Positions 28,146-44,971 of a stretch of 64,000 bases of DNA are shown here, in pieces. The notes beneath the pieces were generated by a model. It had not been told where the DNA came from, searched no databases, and was given only the letters and a program-made list of their open reading frames with translations. Numbering within the stretch: the first letter of the stretch is position 1; each line of letters begins with the position of its first letter. A program made the translations under genes and the position numbers. Source of the stretch: the human T2T-CHM13v2.0 reference genome, Homo sapiens; the NCBI RefSeq assembly GCF_009914755.1, contig NC_060932.1; one strand, written 5' to 3'.

Positions 28146-28644
28146 CTTTTAATCTTCTCTGAGCCTCAGTTTTCCTCATTTTTCAAATATAGAGAGTATA
28201 ACATTTATCTCATAAGACAAGTTGTAGTAAATTACTGTTTTACAAATGTAAGATAACTTTTAACTGTGAGATTCCATATTCCAGTCTTACATTATTATGT
28301 TTATCTGCCACAGGGAGAAGTCCTCAGATAAAAATGTCTACCAAAAGACTGACACGTGGAGTTAATCATTTGACAGATGCAATGCTTCCACCCCCAACAA
28401 ATATACTTTCTTAACTTCTGTTTGTTATCACTTAGGGAAAAAAGGCAGTCAACAAATATATTTAATTCTATCTAGGAAAAATGTAGCCAAATCTTTTTTC
28501 CCATTAACAAATAATGTAAGCCTTAATATTCAAGGGTAATAAAAAATACAAGTCTTCCAAACAGTTAACTTACTGAAAACTTTTTTAAAATCAACATTTG
28601 CTAAATTCAGAAACAGATAGTAGGTACTTTATTTATATATATAT

Positions 28645-28724
28645 AAAATTACTGTCAATTTTATATATATATAATTTTACATAAAAATATAATTTTATAT
28701 GTATGTAAAATTGACAGTAATTTT
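28645..28724. repeat. AT-rich hairpin with a 30-bp stem and 20-nt loop
   Basis: 28645-28674 pairs with 28695-28724, giving 28 Watson-Crick and 2 U-G pairs on the sense RNA. Confidence 0.9.
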
Positions 28725-30819
28725 TTGCAGAAAATTCACAATCCAGTTTTTTGATTCCACACTGCACATCCCACCCCCTCAAGACCAGAGAACACAGGGT
28801 CTAGGCTAACACATCAAAAGCAGCTCTGGAGACTTAATTCCATTGTGGTAATACAGCTTTCTTACTCTGGCAGAAGCTCCATACCGTTCAGCAACCCACT
28901 GAACGTAGGGAAGGAATGGGAAGCTCCTGTGTTCCAAAAGAGTTCTGAACTGGCTCTTCATCTGTCCCTTATCCCCTGCATTCTAGTTTTATTGTTCTTC
29001 TCCCCCCAGATTGACTATCCATGTTCTGGTCATTCCTCATTGTTAAATGTGGTTAACACTTTACATAGGCCTCTCTGTGGAGGCTGTGTAGAAAATTGGC
29101 CTGAGCACTAGGAGACTGGACTGCTGTTGCCCCATGAAATGACAGATCTAAAAAGCTTCCATTCCCAGAGATGTTTTCCTACTCTCAATAAAGGCCTAGA
29201 TTTCTTTAGGCCTTTTTAGAAGACCACTTGTTTTAGACTCAAAGACTTTTCTGGGTTTAGCAATCTTCTATTACAGAGAAGAGAGCCCCAGGACTTTTGG
29301 CTAAAGAATTCTAGCTAAGGGCCACAATGTACTTCTCGCTAGCATTCTCATAGAACACATGTGAATGTAGAGTAGAGATTAAAAAGAATGACTCAGTGAG
29401 TTACACTACCCACAAGGTCAATGGGCCGGAATGAAAATTCAACCACTGGCCTATCTGTGCTTAGTGAACAACCCAGACCTTTTTTCCCGTTTGCACCTTT
29501 TTTGGATACCAAATGAAATCTGAGCAGCTGCCCCTTACCCACCCACATAAGTGATGTGAGACAGGTGACATTATGTAACCACTGGGTCTTCCTGACTTCC
29601 TCTCCAGTTTAAGAACAGGAAGAGCAGTGCACAAAAATGTTCTGTCGAGCTGAGGATATCGGAACTTAACCGGCTTCCACTTGGACAGAATACATTTGTT
29701 CCAGAACACTGTGTACATTCTGGGTTTTCCAAATATGAGAAACAGATGGAGTCATTAATTCAAGATAAATAAAAAAAACAAAACAAACAGCAAGCCATTA
29801 TTTGCTACCTGTTCAGATATTTCACAGGAAGGGAAAAGGAACAAACAAGCTTTTGATATACCCTCGGTCTCCAGTAACCACCAGTGACCAAATCCAAAGT
29901 TCTCTTCATGTGACCTTTCTAGCATTTTAGTTGACAAGCCCCTCTTGGAAACTTCATACCCTGGATTTTGTAACATGGCATTCTTACACCTTCCTTTTTT
30001 CTCTTAGATTATTTCTCAGTCCTGAATATACATTATCAAGTCCTGACCTTTCTCATGACATCCAGAACCAGACCTGAATACCACATTAACAGTTCACCTC
30101 ACTACGTTAAAAAATCATTATCATCTGCCTCCAAATCTCTTTCTCCACCCCTTTTCCCCGACACTGTCATTGTCACAGTCACACAAGATGGAAATCTTGA
30201 AGTCATTTTGTCCTCATCCTCATCCTTCTTTATGTTATTTGGCCTACATTACTTTTCTGTTCCCACAGTTGCTGTCTTGAGTACCTTGTGTCTTTTTCTG
30301 ACTATAACCGAGCCTCTTAAATTGTCTCCCGGTATCTAGTCATTATCCCCCATAATACATCACTTATTGTAGGGTAGTGTCAGAATTATTTTAAGATATG
30401 CGCTGATCATGTTGCTTCTTCATTAAAATTCATTAATAGCTAATAACAAAGAGGAAGGCAAAGTTAATACATGTTCCTTCTAGAAGATACAGGTAAGCAA
30501 AATGAAGAAAATATATTCATAAATCCCAACACCCAGGTCATCAAATGTCATCAGTTTAGCCTGTACATATTTTGAACCTTGGGAATTATGTAATACATAT
30601 TTTGTAAGCTGCTTATTTTTCTTTTATACATCATGAGCATATTCCTATGCAGTTAACTACATTCTACAATATATATGATTTTACACCTATGTAGTAATAT
30701 CAATGTATGAATTGCCACAACTATTTTAAGTTTTATGCCATCCAGCTTTTTATGGTGTATCTTTCAGTACACCCTGTGGTTTAATACAAGACTAAGTAAC
30801 TGCTGTCTGTGTTAGTTTA

Positions 30820-31088
30820 TCCTACAAACTAAGAATGGCTTCTACAGTTCTAAATCATTGGGGGGTGGGACGTCAACAAAGAATATTTTGTGACATGAAA
30901 ATTATGAAATTCAGATATCAGTGCCTATGAATAAAGTTTCATTGAAACGCAGCCAGGTTTGTTTTATGTGTTGGCTGCTTTTGCACTACGACAGTTCAGC
31001 TGAGTGGTTTCAGCAAAGACCCATGGCCCACAAAGTTTAAAATACTTAACCTTCTGGCTCTTTACAGAAAATGTGCTAACTCCCGGTT
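30820..31088 (+). mobile_element. MER58B-like DNA transposon remnant
   Basis: aagaatattttgtgacatgaaaattatgaaattc ... ggctgcttttgcactac ... ctggctctttacagaaaa. Confidence 0.75.
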
Positions 31089-34000
31089 TAGCCATGCTGA
31101 ACACAGCACTGAATATGTTCCCATACTTTCATACCTTTCCTCATCCAGTTTCTTTGGTCGAGGCTGCTGTCCCTGCATCTTACTTGTTCTCAGAGTTTTG
31201 CTTTTTCAGTTCTTGTAACACCGTCATCATCTCAAATATGTCACTGTATCATACTTAATCACACCCAGGTCTTTCCTTTAGCTAAAAGAAATATAAGGGC
31301 CATGACTTTCAGTCATTTCATTTTCTGCAACATGCTTCTATGCACAGAATCTAGTACACAATGGTTGTTAAATGCTGATTGAAACAGACTTTTGGGGGCC
31401 CTGAGATTAAGAAAATAGCTAACACTTGCGTGTTTCTCTAGAAAAATCTTTTGAATTTCAAGTAATAAACTTGCTAATAAACCTATGGAATATTAATCCT
31501 TAGCAAATCAAAGACAGCATTTTCATCTAAATTGTGGTTTTCTACCATGAGGGAGTGCTGAGGAGAGAGCCAGCCTTAAGGAGAGAAACGGTTTGAAGTT
31601 TCTTCTTTGTGTAAACAGTCTCTCTGCATCCCTGATGGACTTTAAGCAAAAATAAAGTGACACAGACTAGAAAGGAATGGTTGCTTCTCTTAGGCTAGGG
31701 GAAGTGGGAGCTTCTGGGGGCACATTTGTGCTAGTCCTAGCCTTCTATCTATCTTATCCCTTGTGTGCGATTTGCTACTCTTGCCAATTAGCTTCCATTT
31801 TCTATTACTATCTCAGTTACAGTTGACCATGCATATATTCTCTTCAGAATACGCGAATAAGCCAGTCACAGCAATCAGTGCTATGCACATGCAGACTACT
31901 ACTATGGATAACTACAGTGCGATTCGTTCATGACTGAGCGTGGAGCAGAGTCCACACAGAAGTTGATCGTGGTACCCAAGGCTGCTTCTCACTCATTCTG
32001 GAAGCAGACCGCAAAAGTGAAAAGCACACATCAGGGGAATACATTCAGTTTTCATTATTGACAGTTGTTTTTAAAAAAGTATGATACGAAGGCATTTATA
32101 CATTTTTGTGATAGGCATTATTAGAAAAAACAATATCCAGGCACTCCTGAACCATAAGTTTGTGAGAACTATTATACTGTTAGATTAAGAAGCAAAAGTA
32201 TTTATTAGACAGATAAATGTGAAAAGGGAAAAAAATACGTGTCAGATCTTGTTTAGAAATGAGAGACTAATTCCTTGAGTGATAATATCAATATAAAACA
32301 TTCATACTGGAACATACTTTGGAAATTTAATATTTATAATTTAATATTTATATAATGAAAATAAAAGTGAAACCTGAAATACTGATTAGAGAACAGCAGT
32401 TCATACTTTTCTCAGAAACGTTTTAACCAGTCAAAACATTTTTGACATTTTTGTGCTTCAAGTGTTTCCAGTGTCTTGAACAAATAAAGAAATTTTTATA
32501 ACTATTTAAAATGAAAATGATAGTTTTGAAAATGATAGAAGCATAGGAAGTACTCTAATTGTCCTACAATAAAGGATACATCTAACTAACAAGTAATCAG
32601 TTTCAGATTAAATATATATTTATCATTTCATAATGATATAAACAACTGATTGTTACACCAGGTTAAGAAAATTACTAAATGAAAAAAACAGTAGCATAAC
32701 TAAAGATAACATTAATAAAGTACTCACAGAGATCCTTTTACTGTGAATATACCTAAGTATCATAAAACTGCTAAAAAGTTAGAAGGTATAAAATTACCAG
32801 TATGGATCAGATTAGTATTTTTGCTTTTACAGGGGTAATATCGTTAGCAGCAATAAAGATTACCTTTAGTGCTCCGTAACTTGAAATCTGCAGAGCCTTT
32901 AAACACTAAACAACAAAAAGCTACAAATCCCTAGTTTTAAGTATCAGTTCATTTTATGATTAAGGTTTCTTTTTTCATTAACCCTCATTCTTCAGTTAGC
33001 TTCATCTTCAGAGCAAGCTGATGATGGCTTGTGTGTGCTAGCAGGATGAACGCTATCTTTTCAAAACATAATGCCACAGTTCATGTACAGCTGGCACATC
33101 TATCTGCTTTACCAGCAGTGTTTTTAAGGATCATGCGGATTGAACAGCAACTACAGCTTAAGGCCCTGACAAGGTTTACTGCTGACATTCTTCTTCATGG
33201 AGATGGTCACCCTTATCGTACGCTTTATTCGTTACTTATTATCTTGAAAGTAGAGGCGACGTCTCATTGCATCCTGATATCACCACATCATTTTTATCTT
33301 CTAATTTAACAATTTCTCAGAAACAGCTAACAAGAGTAATTTTTCTAGTTTGTATTGTACTGTGACTTTATTTACATTTTAATTGATGTTATATAATATA
33401 CGCTGTATATTATATAATTTAAATATATATTTCATGTTTTATACTAAAATGTTACATTTTAAAATACATATTTATTCTTGCACATAGTATCACCAGAATC
33501 CTAAAATATTAGCACGAAAAGAACTTCGGGAATCATCCAAAACAAACGTTCTTTTCACTAATGAGGAAACCGAGGTTCAGAAAGACGAAACAATTTATGC
33601 CTAGGATGATATGATTTAAACATCCAAATATAAAACTTACCTACTTTGGACATTTTTCCAGCTACATGTTTTTTTTTTGATGTTGTTGTTTTTTGTTTTC
33701 TTTTTTTAAGTACAAGAACTATTAATTTCATTTTTGCTTTTATATTTAATTAAAAATTGGTTTGTCTCTGGTTGCCTTGCAAAGTTGTCTTGTGTTGTCA
33801 AGACTCAAAAAGAACATGCCACGTGTTAGCAGAAAGGTACAGATGTAAACAAAAGCTTCATAAATGTTATTTAAATTGATTTACCATCTTACAAAATTAA
33901 ATTTTGTTTCATAAATTAAAGCTTTGCTTAGGGAAGTTTAAAAAAATAACATAGTTATCTTTTACTTTTATATGTACAAGTATCTCTGCTGATGTTTCAT

Positions 34001-34489
34001 CAGAAATTTTATGATTCATGATTTGTGTATACTCTTTTTGGTTGTTCAATATGATGAAATTGTAAATTAACAAAAGACCAAGTGATTAAATTATACGGTT
34101 AGAGAAAAAATATTTTTAGGACATTCAAATGACCCACTTCACGCATTTGTTTCAGTCCATTCCCTTGTATTTCCCCTACATTACCATTTTAAATGCTGAT
34201 TTAACTGCTGTTCTAGCCAGCAATGAAAGGAATGTCTATGTAAATTTAAACCACAAATTAAAGCTTTCAGCATCTTCTCTCACCCTGACCCTGTTCCCAA
34301 CCTAAGCCTCATCTGGTTAAAGGCACTAGTTTAGAAAAATTGCCCTGATGTAAAAATTACAATTAGTTGAATACAATTATGACATTTTAATGTTATATTT
34401 ACATGTGCTAATTTAGAATGGAATAACAAACATATTGTATTTTCCTTATGTTCTATGTTCAGCACATAATAATTTTCTTTCTTTTTCAG

Positions 34490-34505
34490 CTTTTTAATTA
34501 AATGA
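34490..34505 (+). CDS. TUSC3: TUSC3 terminal exon coding part, (S)FLIK*, used when exon 10 is skipped
   Basis: Strong acceptor ttttctttctttttcag ends at 34489. AG + C TTT TTA ATT AAA TGA gives the known SFLIK end. Confidence 0.93.
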
Positions 34506-34780
34506 AGCCAAGTGGGATTTGCATAAAGTGAATGTTTACCATGAAGATAAACTGTTCCTGACTTTATACTATTTTGAATTCATTCATTTCATTGTGATCA
34601 GCTAGCTTATTCTTGTGTACTTTTTTTAAACTGTGGGTTTTCCTAGTAAATTTAATTTACAGAAATCAATGGTAGCATTTAGTAATCTACAAAGGAAATA
34701 TCAAAGTGTTTTTCAAGCCTGTTATATTCAGTGTGTGCCACAGGATTGAAATAAATGACAATGTAATTATGAATTCATGT
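34506..34780 (+). other. TUSC3: TUSC3 proximal 3' UTR (longer forms probably extend to later poly(A) signals)
   Basis: Follows the stop codon. It has ATTTA motifs at 34650-34659 and 34677-34681 and AATAAA at 34750. The 3' end coordinate is estimated. Confidence 0.75.
34750..34755 (+). terminator. Proximal polyadenylation signal AATAAA
   Basis: First canonical hexamer after the stop, with TG/T-rich sequence downstream. Further candidates are ATTAAA 34909-34914, AATAAA 35526-35531 and AATAAA 36002-36007. Confidence 0.7.
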
Positions 34781-35195
34781 TTTAGAGCTGTTTACTCATT
34801 AGTAAAGGACCGCAATGTTAGTAAAGAAAACCTATGAAATGTATGTTAAAGATTCTTAGTATTGTACAGGGATAAAGCAAATGCATGAAAATATGTCATG
34901 TACTGAAAATTAAACTTACTTCAGTTTCAGTTATAAAGGACGTGCACTGTTACGAATAGTGTTTTGTTATTAATTATAACTAGATAAAGGTATATAGGAC
35001 AGGGAACTGGATGAATGGTACCTACAATTTGGATGCCTAACCAAGGACTAGAGCTCCTTCTTGAGATCTAAATCTAAAGTAAATGTGCATTAAAGCAGTG
35101 TGCTTCAAAGGCATCAGACGATGAAAGCAACATACCACAACTAGGAGTTATTTCTCAAACTTAAATGTCCTCTGGGAATCCAGACTTAAAAATAA

Positions 35196-35253
35196 GAGCA
35201 AACTTAACACACTATCCATTTTCGAGCAAACTTAACCCACTATATCCATTTTG
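35196..35253. repeat. Imperfect ~28-bp tandem duplication
   Basis: gagcaaacttaacacactatccattttc followed by gagcaaacttaacccactatatccattttg. Confidence 0.85.
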
Positions 35254-38200
35254 CTCATGTGTTTTATGCAACCAGCTTTCCATCAAATCCTCAATCCTTG
35301 AATCCAGGTAAAAGGTTAATTATCCTAGGATTAGTGAATGATTCAATGAAGCTTTCTTGAAAACAAACATAGGAGTGTAATGTACTATTATGTTTGTATC
35401 CTGTTTTAGTTTATAAAGCACTTTCACATACATTACGGTATTTCTTCCTCACAATAACCTTGTAAATTAGTCAGGAAATGTAAATTTTATCTGACTCATA
35501 GAACTAATGGAAGCTGAAAGCCAAAAATAAAGTTTATAACCAGGCCTTCAAACTCTCAAACATGGATTTTTATATTCTGTGGAGTTATCCAAATTAATTA
35601 GGGTTTAGGAAAGCAGTTCTTCTTGAGTCAGTTCAATAAGTGTTTGCTTTTTGTTTTTAAGGTTTGTTATCTAATTTTCATTAAGATTTGAGTAACAGAC
35701 CATGGAGAATTGTTTTCATTGGGAGTTCCAGCTATATAGCCTCAAACAAGAAACGGGTGTACAACCATTGAGTTTACTTACTTAAATCTGTGAATTTCAA
35801 TGAAGAATGGGAATATAAAGGCCTACTGGGGCATGTTTATCAAGTTATATCCCAGGGCAATGTGTATGCTAGCAGGATGAATGCTATCTTTTCAAAACAT
35901 AATATTCAGTGAAAATTACGTAATAATTGTAAGTTTATAATCATACTCCCAAATCTGTTACTAAAAATAACATAAATTCTCCTAGTTCATGTACTTAGAT
36001 GAATAAATTTAGTTTTGGAATGACGTTTATGGAAAAGCAATAGATGAACTTAATCATTTGATCACTGCCTATCACTAGGCAGAACTTGACCTGTAATTCT
36101 TAATCCATTGTAGATTTTTTACATTTTACTCAAAACTTCATACATAGAGACTCTCAGGTCAAATTTTACAAGTATTAAACATTTGTTAATTATAATCACT
36201 TTTGTTTGTATCCTTAAATCTCAGAATTATCTTGCAGTTAATATGCAGCTGATTAAATGATATTACAAATTATCTCTAATCTCACTGTAAATCTTTTAAT
36301 CATATCAAAGTCAGGTCATCCTCAGACACTATAACTAAGATAGATAAGGAGTACTTTACTATACCATATTAGTAAAGGTTTTCTAGCTCTTATTTTCTAA
36401 TTTCCTCTGAGCATTTAAAATTACATCCAGTGATAAAAACAATATTTTTTTTTCAGAATTTCATGCTTTAAAAAGCTGTGGCTTCTCTATAGACAACTGT
36501 TACATTAGGGAAGTGATTCTAGAGCAAAATATACTGCCTCAACATAAGTCGTTACTGACTGGAAAATGCTATAGGCAGAATTGCAAAGAGTGGCTCAAAC
36601 ATATAGTTTGCTTGCAGAATGTAACGTGCAAAATCACATACATGCGATGTATTTACCTTTGCTAGACAATGAGAATTGAATAATTGATTTGTACCTGGTA
36701 TGTTATATCCTCCAGTGTCACTTTTTAACCAGATTCACTGTGCGTTCCAAACTGTCATAAAAATTGATTATATGTTTAACAATTGTTTTTCTACTACAGT
36801 GGAGAGAAAAATCCCAATTATAAAATTCCACCTAAAGGAGTTTCATTTTGTAATAACATCTGATTAATAACTTGTTGCATTTTGCTTAACATACTGTTCC
36901 TGGCATTAGATATTCACATGAGTAAGCCCAGTAGCATTTTGTGCTTACTGCAGTTTTCTTTTACACACGAAGTAACATCCCTTGTCAATTACAATTCAGC
37001 AGGCATGGTGATTTGGGGAGACGACTAGATGTTGCTGTAACCGTAGAGCGTGGCAAGTATTCCCTTTCTTGCTATCACCTAAGCAAACCTCCCTAAGGGT
37101 ACGTGAAGGGAGTGGTTATTCTAAATAAGGCATGACAAATTACTTTTCAACCAGTGACATTAAACATTGTGTTTTAAAAAGGACTGGTCACTGGGGCGAA
37201 CACATTAGCTGGAGCATGTAGGGACAAAATACTTGAATTGACGCTTGAAGACTCAATGTTCTCAAAGTCCACAGAGCTCATTAAGTTTAAAATAGTAAAA
37301 CAAGGTCTTCTTCATACTCCAGCAATATGCTATATTGGATCAGACCAATATATGTAATAATGTTTTCTCTAATAGTAGGAAAAGGATGAGCATTGTAGCT
37401 AGTCACACTCAAAGGGTACAAGTATGCATTCATTAGCTCCTAAATTCCCTGATGATATAATTCACGAGCATCTGCCATTTATGAATTTTCGATATTCCTC
37501 TATGTCTGAAATACATGCATATATTTATATCATATACCAAGGGTCCAACTACTATACAAAGATTTAACAAAGCATCTCACCTTCCGGCCATAATAGGAAA
37601 ATCATGTCACATTTACCCAAATGTGGATACATCTATCTATTTCCATTAAAAATTATGCATAGATGTCAGGAAAAATGACAGCAAGGAATTCCAGGGACAT
37701 ACCTGTCCTTAGAAAAACAGGAAAAAAAAAAAAACACTGTCACATTCCATTTTATTGGAAATTTGTTTAAAAAAAAAAAGTTTACCAAACCACTGTTTAA
37801 AACAAGAAAATGCTTAAATTAAAAAAGCAACTGAAACTCAGCTGGATAGCTTAATGGTATTTTATCTTAATTCACCCTCTTTCCTCCCCAGTCAGGAATG
37901 GTCTTGAAGACTGCAGCCTGCATTCCTTATGTGGGTTCCTGGCTTTGGAGGGAGCAGAATAGACCTCATTCTTAAGAAATGGTGTTTGCTTTGACCTATC
38001 TAGGGTCTTGCCTTCGGTTGACGTAACTCAGAAGTCTCTCAGGTGAAAAAGTAGCTGTGCTGAGAATGGTTTCTTGAAAGCATTGAAAGTAAATGAAGAA
38101 GCCACTGCTGCCTGGAGAAAAGATTGAAGTTGGGACAAATAGACATACACTGAAAGCCTGGAAGGAAAAGCTGGATAGTGAAATACTTTGGAGAATAAGG

Positions 38201-38917
38201 AATTGGAAACAATGCTACATGTAACAGGGACTCTAGAAGGACATACACATACCCAGGGCAGGATCCATGTTCAGAAAAGTCCTGAGAAGATTCTAAGCTT
38301 TCACATCTTGCTGATATTAATATTTACACCCAGACCAAACAGGAAGTGAAGACTAAAACAGTGGTAAACAGCCCAGATAAGTGTTGAAAGAGTTCCCCAA
38401 TAGAGAACCTGTCTGTAAAGTGGGGAGAGTATTTTTCTTTTTATCTTTTTTTTTCTTTTGTCTCCAGGCATTTAAGGAAAGTTCTGTCAAACTACTGACT
38501 GACCACTAGGCTAATGGAATAAATACACAGACAACATGTGACAGTTTAGAAAAGTCACTAAACAAATCACTGCTACATAAACTGCAATTCACAACAAGCC
38601 GTGATAACAAAACTTGGGGAGAGGGCAGAATCTAGTTTCCAGAGTTGCCACATTATAATGTTCAGGCTATCCACTTTATAAAAATTTAAAACATGAGGCA
38701 TATGAAGAGACAAGAAAGTCATCTTATTCACAAGAAAGAAATTAACAGAAACTGACCCTGAGGCAGCACAGGCATTGGACTTGCTAGACAAGGACATTAA
38801 TGTCTTCAACCTACTCAAAGAGCTAACAGAAACCATGGACAAACAACTAAAGGAAACAGAGAATGATTTATCATTAAATAAAGAATATCAGTAAAGAGAT
38901 AAAAATTATAAAAAGGA

Positions 38918-40843
<1,926 letters not shown>

Positions 40844-41548
40844 AAAAATTATGAAAAGGAGTCAAATATAAATTCCGATGTTGAAAAATATGATCTTAAA
40901 ATGAATCAGTTGAAATTATAATAATATAGTAATAATTGGAAAAGTCATTAGGCTTGACAGGAGAATAGGCAGATAAAACAATCAGTGAACTTGAAGCTAG
41001 GTCAGTTGTTGAAATGATCCAGTCTGAGGAGGAGACAAGGAAATATGAACACAGACCAAAAGACTGTTAGACACTATCAAGCATATTAAGTATAAATACG
41101 AATCCCAGAAGAGAGAGGAAAGGACAGAAAAGAGTACCCGAAGAAATAATGTTCAAACTTACCAAATCTGAAAAAAGACATGAAGCCAATATCCAAGAAG
41201 TTCCAACAAATTCCACATAGTATACACATTCAAAGAGATCCATACCAAGACACATTAAAATAAAACTGTCAAGAGATCAGGAAAGAATCTTGAAAGCAGC
41301 AAGAGAGACGTGATTCAACATGTAGAAGAAATCCTCAGTAAGATTAATAGCCAGTTGCTCATTAGAGGCCATTAAGGCAGAAAGGCATTTTACAGTGCTA
41401 AAAGAAACCATCGGCCAAGAATTCTGTACCTGGCAAAGTTATCCTTTTAAAATGAAGGATAAAGTAGTACCTTCCCAGAAAAAAGAGTCTGTTCTACATA
41501 GACCTATCCTATAAAACATGCTTCAGCATGTTGGAAAATACTCCTCAA

Positions 41549-43969
<2,421 letters not shown>

Positions 43970-44532
43970 AGACTCACACTTCGAAAACTTAATACAATTC
44001 TACAATAATGGAAACACAACTACCAGGTACCAAACATAGGCACTAGTGTAAGGATAAACATATAGATTAATAGAATGGAATTGGGAATCCAAAAACGTAC
44101 CCATAACCTCTCTATTGATTTTCAACAAGAGTGCCAAAACCATCAGCTGGATTTCCACATGCAAAACTAGGATAAAGTTGGACCCTTGCCTCACACTGTA
44201 TACATAAAAGTAACTCAAAATGGATCAACGATGTAAACTTAAGGGCTAAAATTATAACACTTTTAGAAACATAGGTGTGAACTCTTTTGACCTAGGGTTT
44301 GGCAACAGTTTCTTGGATATGACTTCAAAAGCACAAGCAACAAAATAAAAATATAACTTAGACCTCAAAATTAAAAACTTTTGTGCATTAAAAGCACTAT
44401 GGAGAGCAATTACCCATGGTAATAGAGAGAATATTTGCAAATCATATATCTGATAAGGACCTAGTATCCAAAATATATAACGAATTCTTACAAATCAATA
44501 GCCAAAAGACAAAATCTCAATTAAAAATGGGG

Positions 44533-44971
44533 CTTAAGCGTCAAATTTTGTCTCCTCAAAAAAGTTGAAGTCCTGATCCGAGTACTTCAGAGTACATCCT
44601 TACTTGGAAATAGAGTCACTGCAAATGTAATTAGTTAAGATGAGGTCATACTGGAATAAGAATGCTCCTAATCCAGTATTACTGGTGCCCTTGTAAGAAG
44701 GAAGCCATGTATGGACAGATACAGGGAGAAAACCATATAAAGATGGATGATTCGCCTGACTACAAGCCAGCAAGTGCCACAGATTGCCAGCAAACCAATA
44801 GCTAGGAAGAGGCAAGGAAGGATTCCCATAAAGGTCTCACAAGTAGCATGACTTTGCCAAGACCTTGATTTTTTACTTTTAGTCTCCAGAACATTAAGAT
44901 CGTAAATTTCTGTTCTTTTAACCCATCCATTTTGTGGTACTTTGTTACAGCAGCTCTAGGAAACTAATACA
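44533..44971 (+). mobile_element. MLT1 (B/C-like) MaLR solo LTR
   Basis: gtaattagttaagatgaggtcatactgga ... tgtggtactttgttacagcagctctaggaaactaataca. Confidence 0.88.

Larger units (their letters stand above)
28055..28265 (+). mobile_element. MIR containing the whole TUSC3 cassette exon and both of its splice sites
   Basis: 5' part tgtggtgtattggaaagtgatctggactttgagtgagaaga and core ggcaagtcttttaatcttctctgagcctcagttttcctcat resemble the MIR consensus in the correct order. Confidence 0.85.
33030..35903. repeat. Spaced 43-bp direct repeat pair (33030-33072 and 35861-35903)
   Basis: tgtgtRtgctagcaggatgaaYgctatcttttcaaaacataat, 41 of 43 positions identical. Confidence 0.92.
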
